From an uncultured Chloroflexia bacterium (GTDB lineage Bacteria > Chloroflexota > Limnocylindria > Limnocylindrales > CSP1-4), in contig CAWFXA010000001.1 of assembly GCA_963819655.1 (NCBI GenBank), forward strand, positions 160,001 through 224,000: a stretch of DNA of 64,000 nt, read 5' to 3'. A program made the translations under genes and the position numbers. A model generated the notes under the pieces. That model searched no databases. It was not told where the DNA came from and worked only from the letters and a program-made list of their open reading frames with translations. This document shows, in pieces, positions 1 through 10,642 of the stretch. Every line of letters begins with the position of its first letter. Position 1 is the stretch's first letter.

Positions 1-1
1 C

Positions 2-517
2 GTGAACGGCGGCTGCGATCCCGATCTGCCGCGGACGAACCTGGCCGGTGCCCGCATCGCCCGCGCGATCCTGGTCGACGCGAAGCTGTGCGATGCGATC
101 CTGTCCGACGCGGACCTGCATGGGTCGGACATGTCCGGCGTAGCGCTCGAGGACGCGTCGCTGAACCGGGCGAACCTCTCGTGGACGATCTTGAGCGGGT
201 CACAGGCGGCCTTCGCGCCGTTCGTGGACGCCAACCTCTCGAACGCCACCTGGCGCGACGGGTTCGCGAACGGGGCGACGTTCGATGGCGCAGACCTCCA
301 TCGGATCGACTTCCGCGGCACGGATCTGCGATCGGCGAGCTTCGTCGGGTCGGACCTGCGCTACGCGCGGCTCAACGGCGTCGACTTGACCGATGCCGAC
401 CTGACCGGCGCGAACTGGCGGCAGGCGACCGGGCTCGCCAGCGCGACCTTCTCCAACACGATCTGCCCGGACGGCACCAACAGCGACGCCAACGGCGGGA
501 CCTGCGCCGGCCACTGA
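2..517 (+). CDS. Pentapeptide repeat protein (probably 5'-truncated by window edge)
   Basis: A(D/N)Lxx repeats throughout (ADLHG, ANLSW, ADLTG); C-terminal cap NTICPDGTNSDANGGTC. Confidence 0.85.
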   Translation: MNGGCDPDLPRTNLAGARIARAILVDAKLCDAILSDADLHGSDMSGVALEDASLNRANLSWTILSGSQAAFAPFVDANLSNATWRDGFANGATFDGADLHRIDFRGTDLRSASFVGSDLRYARLNGVDLTDADLTGANWRQATGLASATFSNTICPDGTNSDANGGTCAGH

Positions 518-584
518 GTCTCGTGCCGGGGTGCGACCGCGGCGCTGATGCATATATTTGGCTTGCGAGCGGACATGAGGTCTT

Positions 585-742
585 CGATGCGCATGGGCCG
601 CATCACGGCTCCGCTGGGGCGGGCGGGCGGTCATGTCGCCGATGCGCATGGGCCGCATCACGGCTCCGCTGGGGCGGGCGGGCGGTCATGTCGCCGATGC
701 GCATGGGCCGCATCACGGCTCCGCTGGGGCGGGCGGGCGGTC
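585..742. repeat. 55-bp tandem repeat, ~2.9 identical copies, with internal hairpin
   Basis: Unit cgatgcgcatgggccgcatcacggctccgctggggcgggcgggcggtcatgtcgc starts at 585, 640 and 695; gatgcg-N7-cgcatc stem in each unit. Confidence 0.9.
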
Positions 743-882
743 CCGACGAACGAGCCGGTTGATCACCCGGGTATGCGGCCTAGGCGCATCACCAGATAGA
801 GGTCGCTTCGGGGCCGGAGTTTATGCATCACATTGGCGAGAATTGGCGAGACTCACAGCGGCCCGTGCCGCCGCCCACCTCG

Positions 883-2301
883 TCAGCCTCGGTCGAGCCG
901 CTTCCTCGCAGCCGCCAGCGCGTCGGCCACGCGCGTCGGCGCCGTCCCGCCAATGACGTCGCACGAGGCGAGCGCGCCGTCCACCGACGCGGCCCCGCGC
1001 AGGATCTCGCCGATCACGTCGTCCGCGGCGAGGGCTTTGGCGCCCTCGTCGCCGCTGGCGCCCAGCGCGAGCCCGATCATCGAGTCGGGCACCTCGTCGA
1101 GCCCTAGCCGGGCTTCCTCGGCCTGGGCGACCAGCGATCCGACCACGTGGTGGGCGACACGGAACGGGATGCCGCGGCGGACCAGGGCGTCCGCGACGGC
1201 GGTCGCCGTCGTGTAACCCTCGTCGGCGGCTTCACGCATTCGCTCCCGGTCGACCGCGACCGTATCCAGGAGACCTGAAAGCACCCCGAGCGACGCCTCG
1301 TAGACAGCGACCGCGTCGAACAGCGGGGCCTTGTCCTCCTGGAGGTCCCGCTGGTATGCGAGCGGCAGGCCCTTGAGCAGCGTCAGCAGCCCGGCCTGTG
1401 CCCCGATGACCCGGGCGGCCCGGCCTCGGACCAGCTCGGCCGGGTCCGGGTTCTTCTTGTTCGGCATGATCGACGAGCCGGTCGAGAACGCGTCGCTCAC
1501 CCGGATGAACCCGAACCGCGGATTCGACCACCACGTGATCTCCTCCGCCAGCCGGCTCAGATGGACCATGCCGAGCGCGATCGCCCCCACGGTCTCGACC
1601 ACGAAATCGCGGTCGCTCACCGCATCGAGCGAGTTCGCGGTCACCCCGGCGAAGCCGAGCTCGTCGGCCGTCGCCTCGCGATCGAGCGGGTAGCCGGCGC
1701 CGGCCAGCGCCCCGGCGCCGAGCGGCGAGATGTTCGCTCGCCGCCGCGCATCGGACAGGCGGTCCCGGTCGCGCTCGGCCATCTCGACGTAGGCCAGCAG
1801 GTGATGGGCGAACAGCACGGGCTGGGCCGGCTGGATGTGGGTCGTGCCGGGCAGGATGGCGGTGCCTTCGCGCTCGGCGAGGCCGACGAGCGAGCGCTCG
1901 AAATCGAGCAGCGCCTCGTCCAGACGGTCGATCGCCCGGCGCAGCCACAACCGAAGGTCGGTGGCGACCTGGTCGTTGCGCGAGCGACCGGTCTGAAGCT
2001 TCCCGGCGACCGAGCCGATGCGCTCGGCCAGCGCCGCCTCGAGGTTGAGGTGGACGTCCTCGAGGTCCGGATCCCACGCAAGGGTCCCATCGGCGACCGC
2101 GCCGGCCAGCCCGTCCAGACCGCCGATCAGCTCGTCGACCTCCTCCGCGGTCAGGAGTCCCGCGCGACCGAGCCCGCGGACGTGGGCGATCGAGCCGGCG
2201 ATGTCGTCCGCGGCCAGCTCGCGATCGAGGTCGATCGAGCGCGTGAAATCGGCGACCCGCTGGTCACTCTCTTCGGCGAATCGCCCGCCCCACAGTCGCA
2301 T
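883..2301 (-). CDS. argH: Argininosuccinate lyase
   Basis: LWGGRF start, TGRSRNDQVATD, GSSIMPNKKNPD signature; GGAGG SD upstream. Confidence 0.97.
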   Translation of the reverse strand: MRLWGGRFAEESDQRVADFTRSIDLDRELAADDIAGSIAHVRGLGRAGLLTAEEVDELIGGLDGLAGAVADGTLAWDPDLEDVHLNLEAALAERIGSVAGKLQTGRSRNDQVATDLRLWLRRAIDRLDEALLDFERSLVGLAEREGTAILPGTTHIQPAQPVLFAHHLLAYVEMAERDRDRLSDARRRANISPLGAGALAGAGYPLDREATADELGFAGVTANSLDAVSDRDFVVETVGAIALGMVHLSRLAEEITWWSNPRFGFIRVSDAFSTGSSIMPNKKNPDPAELVRGRAARVIGAQAGLLTLLKGLPLAYQRDLQEDKAPLFDAVAVYEASLGVLSGLLDTVAVDRERMREAADEGYTTATAVADALVRRGIPFRVAHHVVGSLVAQAEEARLGLDEVPDSMIGLALGASGDEGAKALAADDVIGEILRGAASVDGALASCDVIGGTAPTRVADALAAARKRLDRG

Positions 2302-2335
2302 GCGCCCCTCCTGCGTGTGACGTCATGCTAGCGGC

Positions 2336-3979
2336 ATGATCGACCCATCTCCGTGGTGGCGGGACGCCGTCGTGTACCAGACCTACATCCGCAGCTTCAC
2401 TGACACGGATGGCGACGGCATCGGCGACATCGCGGGGATGCGCTCGCGACTGCCATATGTCCGCAGTCTTGGGGTCGACGCGATCTGGGTGAACCCGTGG
2501 TTCGTGTCGCCGATGGTCGACGGTGGCTACGACGTCGCCGACTACCGAGACATCGATCCGATGTTCGGCACGCTGGCCGACGCCGAGGCATTCATCGGTG
2601 ACGCACACGCCCTCGGTATCCGGGTCCTGCTCGACATCGTCCCGAACCACACGTCCGACCGGCACCCGTGGTTCCAGGCGGCGCTGGCCGCCGGCCCGGG
2701 CAGCCGCGAGCGCGATTTCTACGTGTTCCGCGACGGACGCGGTCGTGACGGCGATCGGCCCCCGACCGATTGGCCGAGCGTCTTCGGTGGCCCGGCCTGG
2801 ACCCGCGTGGTCGAACGGGACGGATGGCCCGGCCAGTGGTACCTGCACTTGTTCGCGCCGGAGCAGCCCGATCTCGACTGGACGGAGCCGGAGGTCCGCG
2901 CCGAGTTCGAGTCGATCCTGCGGTTCTGGTTCGATCGCGGCGCGGACGGCTTCCGCATCGACGTCGCTCACGGCCTCGTCAAGGACCCGGAGTTTCCCGA
3001 CCTGCGGCGCACCTCGCCGAGCTCGGCAGTCAAGCCTGGACCGTACTGGGACCAGGACGGCGTCCATGACATCTATCGCCGCTGGCGGGCCATCGCCGAT
3101 GAGTACGGCGGTCGCATGTTCGTCGCCGAGGTCTTCGTCTCCAGCGCCGACCGTCTGGCCCGCTACCTGCGGCCGGACGAGCTCCATGCGGCGTTCGATT
3201 TCCATTTCCTGCAAGCGGGCTGGGACCCGATCGCCCTGCGCAGGGTCATCGATGCGCAGCTCGAGGCTCTGGCGCCCGTCGGCACGCCCGCGACCTGGGT
3301 CCTGTCGAACCACGACGTGACCCGGCATGTGACGCGGCTCGGGCGCCCGTCGGCGACCAAGGCAAGGGTGGCGGGCACCGCACCCCCGAAGGTCCCCGTC
3401 ACGGAGCGCACCGACCTCGTGCTCGGGCGGCGGCGCGCCCGCGCCGCGTTGCTGCTGATGCTGGCGCTGCCCGGCTGCGCCTACCTGTACCAGGGCGAGG
3501 AGCTGGGCCTGGAGGAGGTCGAGGACCTCGACGAAGATCAGCTCCAGGATCCGACCTGGCATCGCTCCGGGCACACGGTGCGTGGCCGGGACGGCTGCCG
3601 GGTGCCACTCCCATGGTCGGGCACGGAGCCGCCGTTCGGGTTCGGGCCGCCGGGATCGAGCCCGTGGTTGCCGCAACCGCTCGGGTGGCGCGAGCTGTCG
3701 GTCGAAACGCAGACCGGCGACCCTGAATCGTTCCTCGAGCTATACCGCACCGCGCTCCGCCTCCGACGCGACCACCTCGGGCTCCGCGGCTCGGGGATGG
3801 CCTGGCTGCCGGCCCCTGAGTCGGTGCTCCGATTCGATCGGCCGGGCGGGTTGGAGACGATCGTGAACCTCGGATCCACCCCGATCGAGCTGCCGAGCGG
3901 CCGGCCGATCCTGCTCGCCAGCGAGCCGCTCCACGAGGTGGGGCTGCTGCCGCCCGATACGGCAGTCTGGCTGGGCTAG
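2336..3979 (+). CDS. GH13 alpha-glucosidase / alpha-amylase family protein
   Basis: WWRDAVVYQ, DIVPNHTSD, GFRIDVAH, VAE, SNHD conserved GH13 regions. Confidence 0.93.
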   Translation: MIDPSPWWRDAVVYQTYIRSFTDTDGDGIGDIAGMRSRLPYVRSLGVDAIWVNPWFVSPMVDGGYDVADYRDIDPMFGTLADAEAFIGDAHALGIRVLLDIVPNHTSDRHPWFQAALAAGPGSRERDFYVFRDGRGRDGDRPPTDWPSVFGGPAWTRVVERDGWPGQWYLHLFAPEQPDLDWTEPEVRAEFESILRFWFDRGADGFRIDVAHGLVKDPEFPDLRRTSPSSAVKPGPYWDQDGVHDIYRRWRAIADEYGGRMFVAEVFVSSADRLARYLRPDELHAAFDFHFLQAGWDPIALRRVIDAQLEALAPVGTPATWVLSNHDVTRHVTRLGRPSATKARVAGTAPPKVPVTERTDLVLGRRRARAALLLMLALPGCAYLYQGEELGLEEVEDLDEDQLQDPTWHRSGHTVRGRDGCRVPLPWSGTEPPFGFGPPGSSPWLPQPLGWRELSVETQTGDPESFLELYRTALRLRRDHLGLRGSGMAWLPAPESVLRFDRPGGLETIVNLGSTPIELPSGRPILLASEPLHEVGLLPPDTAVWLG

Positions 3980-5169
3980 CTCGCGACCCGCGCCGACGGG
4001 ACGCGTTCGTGCCGGGCTCCGTCACGCGGGAAGGCCCACCAGCCGAGGGCGACCGCGCTGAGCGACAGCACGGTCCCCATCCCGAAGACGGCGGCGGGGC
4101 CGATCAGGTCATACAGCAGGCCGCCGGCGATGTTGGCGATGATCGCGCCGATCCCGAACGCGACGGTCTGATACAGCGACTGACCCGTGCCCTGGAGCTC
4201 CGGCGGCAGGAGTCGGGCGATCGTGAGGACCACCGCGACGACCACCCAGGCGAACGCGACCCCGGTGAACGCTCTGGTCGCGATGATGAGCAACGGCGTC
4301 GCGAGGACCGTCCACGACGCGGTCGCAGCGGCGTAGATCAGGGCGCTCCCGACGAACATGCCACGCAACCCGATCCGTCGGGCGACCGCGGCGGCCACGA
4401 GCATCGCCGGGATCTCGGCGAGGGCCGAGACGCCCGCCGACAGCGCGACGTCCGAGGGCGGGCTTCCGAGGTCGCCCAACCGCAGCGGCAGGAACGTGAA
4501 GCCGCTGATGATCGCGATGTGCAGGAGCATCACCGCCGCGAGGACGCCGGCGAGCCGCGGCGCCACACGGAACGCCAGCCCGGCCGATCCGAAGCGGCCG
4601 CCATGGTCGGCCTCCCCCGCCCCGCCCGCCGTCGCAAGGTCGGCCCGCCTGACGTCGGGTACGAAGCCGGCAGCGAGTGCCATGGCGAGCGCGAACCCGA
4701 TCGTCAGCACGAAGGCGAGCTGGTAGCCCGTCACGTCGTACATGAACCCGGCGGCGATGGTGGACACGGCGAACGCCAGGCTCGTGAGCAACCGGACACG
4801 GGCGTAGCCGCGCCGATCGACATGGTTGACGGTGAGAGCATCGGCGAGCGGCTGCCACGCCGACTCGAAGACCCAATACGCCATGAACAGGACCGCGATG
4901 ATGATCGGCGGCCAGGCGCCGAGCAGCGCACCCGCCGCGGCGGCTCCGCCGATCGCGCACACCTGCAGCGTCCGCGACCTGCCAAATCGGACGTCCGCGA
5001 GATGCCCCCACGCGGGCACGGCGAGGGTGAAGCCGACCGCACCGATCGAGGCGATCAGTCCGATCTCCGCCGGGCCGAAGCCGCGGTCCGCGAGGATGAC
5101 CGGGATGAACGGATACAGGACGCCGAGTGCCGCGCCGAGGGCCAGGGCGAGCAGGCGCAGGGCGGTCAC
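3976..5169 (-). CDS. MFS transporter
   Basis: ~12 hydrophobic segments, WGHLADVRFGR motif A-like; TACCAT -10 6 nt upstream of GTG. Confidence 0.88.
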   Translation of the reverse strand: MTALRLLALALGAALGVLYPFIPVILADRGFGPAEIGLIASIGAVGFTLAVPAWGHLADVRFGRSRTLQVCAIGGAAAAGALLGAWPPIIIAVLFMAYWVFESAWQPLADALTVNHVDRRGYARVRLLTSLAFAVSTIAAGFMYDVTGYQLAFVLTIGFALAMALAAGFVPDVRRADLATAGGAGEADHGGRFGSAGLAFRVAPRLAGVLAAVMLLHIAIISGFTFLPLRLGDLGSPPSDVALSAGVSALAEIPAMLVAAAVARRIGLRGMFVGSALIYAAATASWTVLATPLLIIATRAFTGVAFAWVVVAVVLTIARLLPPELQGTGQSLYQTVAFGIGAIIANIAGGLLYDLIGPAAVFGMGTVLSLSAVALGWWAFPRDGARHERVPSARVAS

Positions 5170-5247
5170 CGGCTGATGGTACCGTCCGTTGGCATACGGC
5201 AGTAGGCCAACTCACGGGCGCGGCCGATGCGCGACACTGGCTCGACC

Positions 5248-6231
5248 ATGACGACCCCCATCGCGGACGGTGTGCCCGACCACGCCCTCACCGCGACCGG
5301 CCTGGGCCGCCGGTTCGACGATCGCTGGGCCGTCCGAGGCGTGGACCTCGCCGTGCGGCGCGGCGAGGTGCTCGGACTGCTCGGACCGAACGGCGCCGGC
5401 AAGACGACGACCGTCCGCATGCTCACGGCCCTGATCAGACCCACGGAAGGCACGGCGACCGTCGAGGGATTCGATATCCGCGAGGCGCCCGATGCGGTCC
5501 GTGCCCGCGTCGGCATCCTGACCGAGACGCCGGGCCTGTACGACAAGCTGCCGGCGATCGCCAACCTCGACTTCTTCGGACGGCTCTACAGCCTCGACCC
5601 GGGTGTGCGCGCGGAGCGGATCGAACGGTACCTGCGCATGTTCGGGTTGTGGGAGCGGCGCGACGACATCGCCGGGACGTTCAGCAAGGGCATGAAGCAG
5701 AAGCTCGCCATCGCACGTGCCCTGCTCCACGATCCGTCGGTCCTGTTCCTCGACGAGCCGACCGCAGCGCTCGACCCCGAGGCGGCGTTCATCGTGCGCG
5801 AGGCGATCGAGACGCTGCAGCGTGCCGGCCGGACGATCGTGCTGGCGACGCACAACCTCGACGAGGCTGACCGGTTGTGCGACCGCATCGCCTTCGTGCG
5901 CGGTGGGCTGGTGCGGGTCGATTCACCGGCGGCCCTTCGCGCCGCGCTCGGCACCCACGGCTTGACGATCCGCCTGGCCGCTGGCGCGTCGGATGAGCAG
6001 ATCGCAGCGGCGCGCGGCGTCGCCGGTGTCGTCGCTGCAGGTGCGACGGATGGGGTGCTGCGCGTGGGAGCCGACGATCCGGAATCGGTCGCGCCCGGTG
6101 TCGTGCGCGCCCTGGTGGCGAACGGCGCCGACGTCGTCGAAGTGCGTCCCGAGCGCCCTTCACTCGAGCGAGTCTATTTCGAGATCATGGGCGTCACACC
6201 CGGCACCGACGGGATCGAGGACGTCGTCTGA
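5248..6231 (+). CDS. ABC transporter ATP-binding protein
   Basis: GPNGAGKTT Walker A, FSKGMKQK signature, LFLDEP Walker B; start uncertain (5227/5248). Confidence 0.93.
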   Translation: MTTPIADGVPDHALTATGLGRRFDDRWAVRGVDLAVRRGEVLGLLGPNGAGKTTTVRMLTALIRPTEGTATVEGFDIREAPDAVRARVGILTETPGLYDKLPAIANLDFFGRLYSLDPGVRAERIERYLRMFGLWERRDDIAGTFSKGMKQKLAIARALLHDPSVLFLDEPTAALDPEAAFIVREAIETLQRAGRTIVLATHNLDEADRLCDRIAFVRGGLVRVDSPAALRAALGTHGLTIRLAAGASDEQIAAARGVAGVVAAGATDGVLRVGADDPESVAPGVVRALVANGADVVEVRPERPSLERVYFEIMGVTPGTDGIEDVV

Positions 6232-7019
6232 TGCGCGCCGCGATCGTCTGGACGGTCCTCCGGCGGGAGTGGTTCGAGACCGTCCGCAACCGGCTCCTGA
6301 TGTCGACGATCCTGGTGCCGCCGATCGCGCTGACGGTCGCGCCGATCGTTCTCGCGGCGGTCGTCGGCGAGCGCGAGCTGCCGCCCGAGTTGGCCAGCCA
6401 GGTCATCGCCCAGAGGCCGGAGTGGGCGAGCTTCACGCCGGGCGAGCTCGCGGGTGCGTTCGCGGTCCAGCAGTTCCTGGTGTTCTTCCTGCTCATGCCG
6501 GCGTACATCCCGCTGTCGATCGCGACGTTCTCGATCATCGGGGAGAAGCTGGCCCGCTCGCTGGAACCGGTGCTCGCCACGCCCATCCGGACCTCGGAAC
6601 TGCTGGCCGGCAAGGCGGTCGCGGCGTTGGTTCCGGGCGTGCTAGCCGGGTGGGCCACGTACGCGATCTTCGTTGCGCTCGCGTCGCTCCTGTACGGGCC
6701 GGCGCTGTTCGGCGTCGTCACCGACCTGTCGTGGCTGGCCGGGGTGTTCCTGCTCGGACCCGCGGTCGGGCTGTCGTCGGTCGTGGCCGGGGTGATCGTG
6801 AGCGCCCGGGTCAACGACCCGCGCGTCGCGCAGCAGATCGGCGGCATCGTGATCGTGCCCATCATCGGCCTCGTGATCGTCCAGGCGACCGGCATCCTCC
6901 TCGTCGGCCCGCTCGGATACCTGCTGCTGTCGGCCGTGGTGGTCGCGATCTCACTCGAGGGCCTTCGCGTCGGCGTGCGGCTGTTCGACCGAGAGTCGAT
7001 CCTGACCCGGTGGCGCTGA
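6231..7019 (+). CDS. ABC-2 type exporter permease
   Basis: Hydrophobic, IIGEK..SLEPVLATP..ELLAGK motif; TGATG coupling to ATPase. Confidence 0.9.
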   Translation: MRAAIVWTVLRREWFETVRNRLLMSTILVPPIALTVAPIVLAAVVGERELPPELASQVIAQRPEWASFTPGELAGAFAVQQFLVFFLLMPAYIPLSIATFSIIGEKLARSLEPVLATPIRTSELLAGKAVAALVPGVLAGWATYAIFVALASLLYGPALFGVVTDLSWLAGVFLLGPAVGLSSVVAGVIVSARVNDPRVAQQIGGIVIVPIIGLVIVQATGILLVGPLGYLLLSAVVVAISLEGLRVGVRLFDRESILTRWR

Positions 7020-7122
7020 GGAAACGCTTCAGCCGCGCGGGCGGTTCTGGTCGGTTAGATGCCGTCCGACCAGGTCGAAACTTGACATACCGGGGTAGGC
7101 CAACGCCACCTATGATGCCGCG

Positions 7123-8046
7123 ATGACCGACCGCTCCTCGCAGATCGACTGGGTGATCTTCCTCCTGCTCGGGTTCTTCTGGGGATCGAGCTACCTCTTC
7201 ATCAAGCTCGCGGTCGACGACTTCGGGACGTTCACGCTGGTCGCGCTTCGCCTCATCGTCGGGGCGATCCTCCTGTGGCTCGTCATACGGGTCGCGGGGC
7301 AGCGGCTGCCGCGCGAGCGGCGCATCTACGGCCACCTCGTGGTGATGAGCATCGTCAACATCACGATCCCGTTCCTGCTCATCACCTGGGCAGAGCGATC
7401 GGTGGAGTCGTCGCTGGCTGCGATCCTGACGTCGCCGGTCCCGCTGTTCGCCATCGTGCTGTCAGCGATCTTCCTGCCGGACGAGCCGATGCGCGTCAAC
7501 GGGCTGGTGGGTCTCGTGGTCGGGTTCATCGGTGTCGTGATCATCACCAGTCGCGGGCTGACGGGTGCGGGGTCGTCGGTGATCGGCGAGGTCGCCCTGC
7601 TCGGGGCCGCTCTCAGCTACGCGGCCGGAGCCGTGTATTCGCGGCGCAACGTCCGTGGGGTCCCACCGATGATCCCGGCCGTGTTCCAGGTGACCTTCGC
7701 GGCGGTGATCGTCGGCTTCTTTGCCATTCTCCTCGAACAACCCTGGACCGCGCGCCCGGACGCCCAGGCCGTGTTCTCGATCCTGTGGCTCGGCATCCTG
7801 GGCTCGGGTGTGGCCTACCTCTTCGTCTTCCGGCTGTTTGCTCACTGGGGCGCGACGCGGACGACGCTCGTCGCCTATCTCCTGCCGGTGGTCGGCATCG
7901 TGCTCGGCTACCTCGTGCTCGCCGAACCGGTCGATGCGCGGCTGATCCTCGGGACCGCCCTGGTCATCGCCGGGGTCGCGCTCGTCAACGGGCGCTGGGG
8001 ACGGCGTCGGCTATTCGCGTCGCCGCAGCCGGCCGAGCAGGGGTAG
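7123..8046 (+). CDS. EamA/DMT family transporter
   Basis: FFWGSSYLFIK start, two EamA repeats; TATGAT 6 nt upstream of ATG. Confidence 0.92.
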   Translation: MTDRSSQIDWVIFLLLGFFWGSSYLFIKLAVDDFGTFTLVALRLIVGAILLWLVIRVAGQRLPRERRIYGHLVVMSIVNITIPFLLITWAERSVESSLAAILTSPVPLFAIVLSAIFLPDEPMRVNGLVGLVVGFIGVVIITSRGLTGAGSSVIGEVALLGAALSYAAGAVYSRRNVRGVPPMIPAVFQVTFAAVIVGFFAILLEQPWTARPDAQAVFSILWLGILGSGVAYLFVFRLFAHWGATRTTLVAYLLPVVGIVLGYLVLAEPVDARLILGTALVIAGVALVNGRWGRRRLFASPQPAEQG

Positions 8047-8077
8047 GGGCCGGGCCGCGGGCCGGGCCGGCGGCGTC

Positions 8078-8959
8078 CTACGACCCGCCCATCGCGAGCA
8101 ACACCGCCCCACCCACGATCAGGCCGGACGCACCCACCCGTAACAGCGTCTCGCCGCGGCTCGCCGCCTCGCCGAGCCGCACGGCCCCCCATGCTGCCGC
8201 GAACACCGATGCCGATTCCCGCAGCGGCGCCACAGCCGAGAGCGGTGCCACACTCAGGGCCCACAGGATCAGCAGGTACGCGACCAGCGTCAGCCAGCCG
8301 CCGATCGCCGCCCGCCGGACCTGATCGTGCCCGCCGGCGAACAACGCACCGCCGGACACGACCCGGTTCCACACGACGAGCACGATCGACGCAGTCACCC
8401 ATAGGATCGCCGCGTAGGGCAGCGGGTCGATCAGCCGCGTCCCGACCCGGTCGACGGCCGAGTAGGCCGCGATCGTGACCCCGGTCGCGAGCGCGAACGC
8501 GATCGATGGATCGAATGCGCGGTGGCCGCGAAGCACCCGCCAGGGCTGCTGCAGGAGCAGGAAACCCGCGAGCAGCGCCACGACGCCCAGCGAGCCGGCA
8601 ACCCCGAGGCGCTCACCCAGAAGCCCCACCCCGATCGCCACGGCGAGCAGCGGCGCTGTGCCGCGCGCGATCGGATACACGACTGACAGGTCGCCCCGTC
8701 GATAGGCCGCCGACAGCAGGACGAAGTAGCCGGCCTCGATCACGCCGGACGCGATGCCGAGCGCGACACCCTCGACTGGCAGGGGCGGCCGGCCGGCGAT
8801 CCACCAGGCAGCGATCCCCGCAGGCACGATGCCTAGCGACGCGGCCAGCATGCCGACGGTAGCCGCCCGCAAGGGATCGCCGGCGGTCTTGAGCCGGACG
8901 TTCCAGGCGACGTGGAGCAGGGCGCTGACCGCGACCAGCGCGATGACGAACGGGTCCAC
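8078..8959 (-). CDS. EamA/DMT family transporter
   Basis: LLHVAWN, AYRRGDLSVVYPIARG, VAPLRESA motifs. Confidence 0.9.
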   Translation of the reverse strand: MDPFVIALVAVSALLHVAWNVRLKTAGDPLRAATVGMLAASLGIVPAGIAAWWIAGRPPLPVEGVALGIASGVIEAGYFVLLSAAYRRGDLSVVYPIARGTAPLLAVAIGVGLLGERLGVAGSLGVVALLAGFLLLQQPWRVLRGHRAFDPSIAFALATGVTIAAYSAVDRVGTRLIDPLPYAAILWVTASIVLVVWNRVVSGGALFAGGHDQVRRAAIGGWLTLVAYLLILWALSVAPLSAVAPLRESASVFAAAWGAVRLGEAASRGETLLRVGASGLIVGGAVLLAMGGS

Positions 8960-8968
8960 GCCGGGACG

Positions 8969-10642
8969 TTAGCGGCCCACGTCCCTCCGGTGCAGACCCC
9001 ACGCGCCAACCAGCAGCCCGCCGATCGCGAGGATCGCCGCGACCATGATGCCGACGACGTCGTACGTCCCGGCCATCGGCTGGCCGAGGTGCTTGTAGAT
9101 CGACAGGTCCAGGACCGCATCCGGGAGATCCAGGGCGGCGCCCAACGTGTCGAGCACGAACGTCGCGATCACGACGGCCGCGGCGACGGGTGCCGCCAAC
9201 GACGACCGGACGAGGCCGCCCACGGCGAACCCGATACCGGCAAACCCGGCAGCGGCCAGACCGAGGATCGCCGAGCCCGCCACGGGTGCCACGATGTCGC
9301 CGCCCTGGGATGCGACGGCCGCGATCACGAAGAGCGCGAGCACGACGACGAACACGCCGATCCCTGCCATGACCCCGAGTCCGCTCTTGATCGCCCAGCG
9401 CGCGCGCGACACTGGCGTGGACAGGACGACATCGAGGCGGCGGTCGTTCTCGTCGCTCGCCCAGGCGGCAAGGAACGTGGCGCCCGCCAGCCCAGCCATC
9501 AAAGAGGCGAAGGCGAAGAACGCGAGCTGGAGGATGCCCGACGGCTGGCTCAGGTCGATGTCCGGGTAGATGATCCGGATGTACTCGATGATCCCGGGGG
9601 TCTGGTTCAGCACGTCGGTAAGTGCCGACGCCGACGACGCGATCAGCGCTGCGTAGAGGCCGACGCCACCACCCCAGCCGAGCGCGGCCGGAGCGAGATC
9701 GGAGAGCAATCGGGCGAACGGCCCGCTCGTCCCGCGCGGGAGGCCCGGGATGCGCAGCCAGCGGAGCGGTGCGAAGGCACCGATGTCGCGCCGTTCGAAG
9801 GCCGCGACGCCGATCGCCAGCAGGGCGACGACCACGAGCGCGAGCAGCCCCACTGACGGCCAGTCGGTGACACCGGCGATCGGCCGATGACCGGCCGTCC
9901 AGGCGTACCAGGAGATCGGACTGATGGCCTCGAGGGTCGGCGACAGGATCGAATAGGACGAGATGACGTACATCCCGAACAGGGCGAGGATGCCGACGCC
10001 CGCCGCGCGGGAGCGGCCGAGCGCCGGGGCGACGGCGAAGGCGATCGACCCAGACGCCAGCATCAGCAGGCCGTACAGGGTGACCTGGCCGAGCGCCGCG
10101 TCGAACGGGATCTCATCGCCCGGCAGCGTCGCGAAGACCTGGCCGGCGACGTACAGCAGCACCGCGGCGATGAGCATCGCCACCACGAGGGCCACGATGT
10201 GACCGGCCAGCTTCTGGAGAGCGATCGTGCGCCGCGCATGGGGAGTCGACACGAGCAGGTCGAGGCTGCCCTTGGCCGCCTCACCGGCGAGCGTTCCCGA
10301 CAGCGCGAGCACGGACCACAGGCCAAGCAGGACCGGTAGGACGTTCCCGACGCGCCAGGAGATGAAACCCCCGAGCGTCTCCAGGTTGATCGGTTCGCCC
10401 AACAAGCCACGGAAGACGGCCGGCAGCGCCGTCATCGACGTCACGAGCAGGCGGCGCTTCTCGGGCGTGTCGAATTCGGCAGCGACCGGGGCGGCCGTCG
10501 CGAGCATGAACAGCCCGCCCAGCATCCCCACGACCAACGCGGCACGCCGGCTGTCGCGCAGCGACTTCGCGAAGACCGAGGACAGGCCGATGACCCGCGA
10601 CCAGGGCCTCGGGCGAACGAGGATAGCGGTGCTAGCGCCCAT
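8969..10642 (-). CDS. ABC exporter permease (duplicated ABC-2 membrane domains)
   Basis: Two repeats with E..G.LD.LLSTP..R motifs; follows ABC ATPase; start uncertain. Confidence 0.87.
   Translation of the reverse strand: MGASTAILVRPRPWSRVIGLSSVFAKSLRDSRRAALVVGMLGGLFMLATAAPVAAEFDTPEKRRLLVTSMTALPAVFRGLLGEPINLETLGGFISWRVGNVLPVLLGLWSVLALSGTLAGEAAKGSLDLLVSTPHARRTIALQKLAGHIVALVVAMLIAAVLLYVAGQVFATLPGDEIPFDAALGQVTLYGLLMLASGSIAFAVAPALGRSRAAGVGILALFGMYVISSYSILSPTLEAISPISWYAWTAGHRPIAGVTDWPSVGLLALVVVALLAIGVAAFERRDIGAFAPLRWLRIPGLPRGTSGPFARLLSDLAPAALGWGGGVGLYAALIASSASALTDVLNQTPGIIEYIRIIYPDIDLSQPSGILQLAFFAFASLMAGLAGATFLAAWASDENDRRLDVVLSTPVSRARWAIKSGLGVMAGIGVFVVVLALFVIAAVASQGGDIVAPVAGSAILGLAAAGFAGIGFAVGGLVRSSLAAPVAAAVVIATFVLDTLGAALDLPDAVLDLSIYKHLGQPMAGTYDVVGIMVAAILAIGGLLVGAWGLHRRDVGR

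Noticed and set aside
585-742. Possible CRISPR array
   Set aside because: Units are identical end to end with no unique spacers, and there are no cas genes
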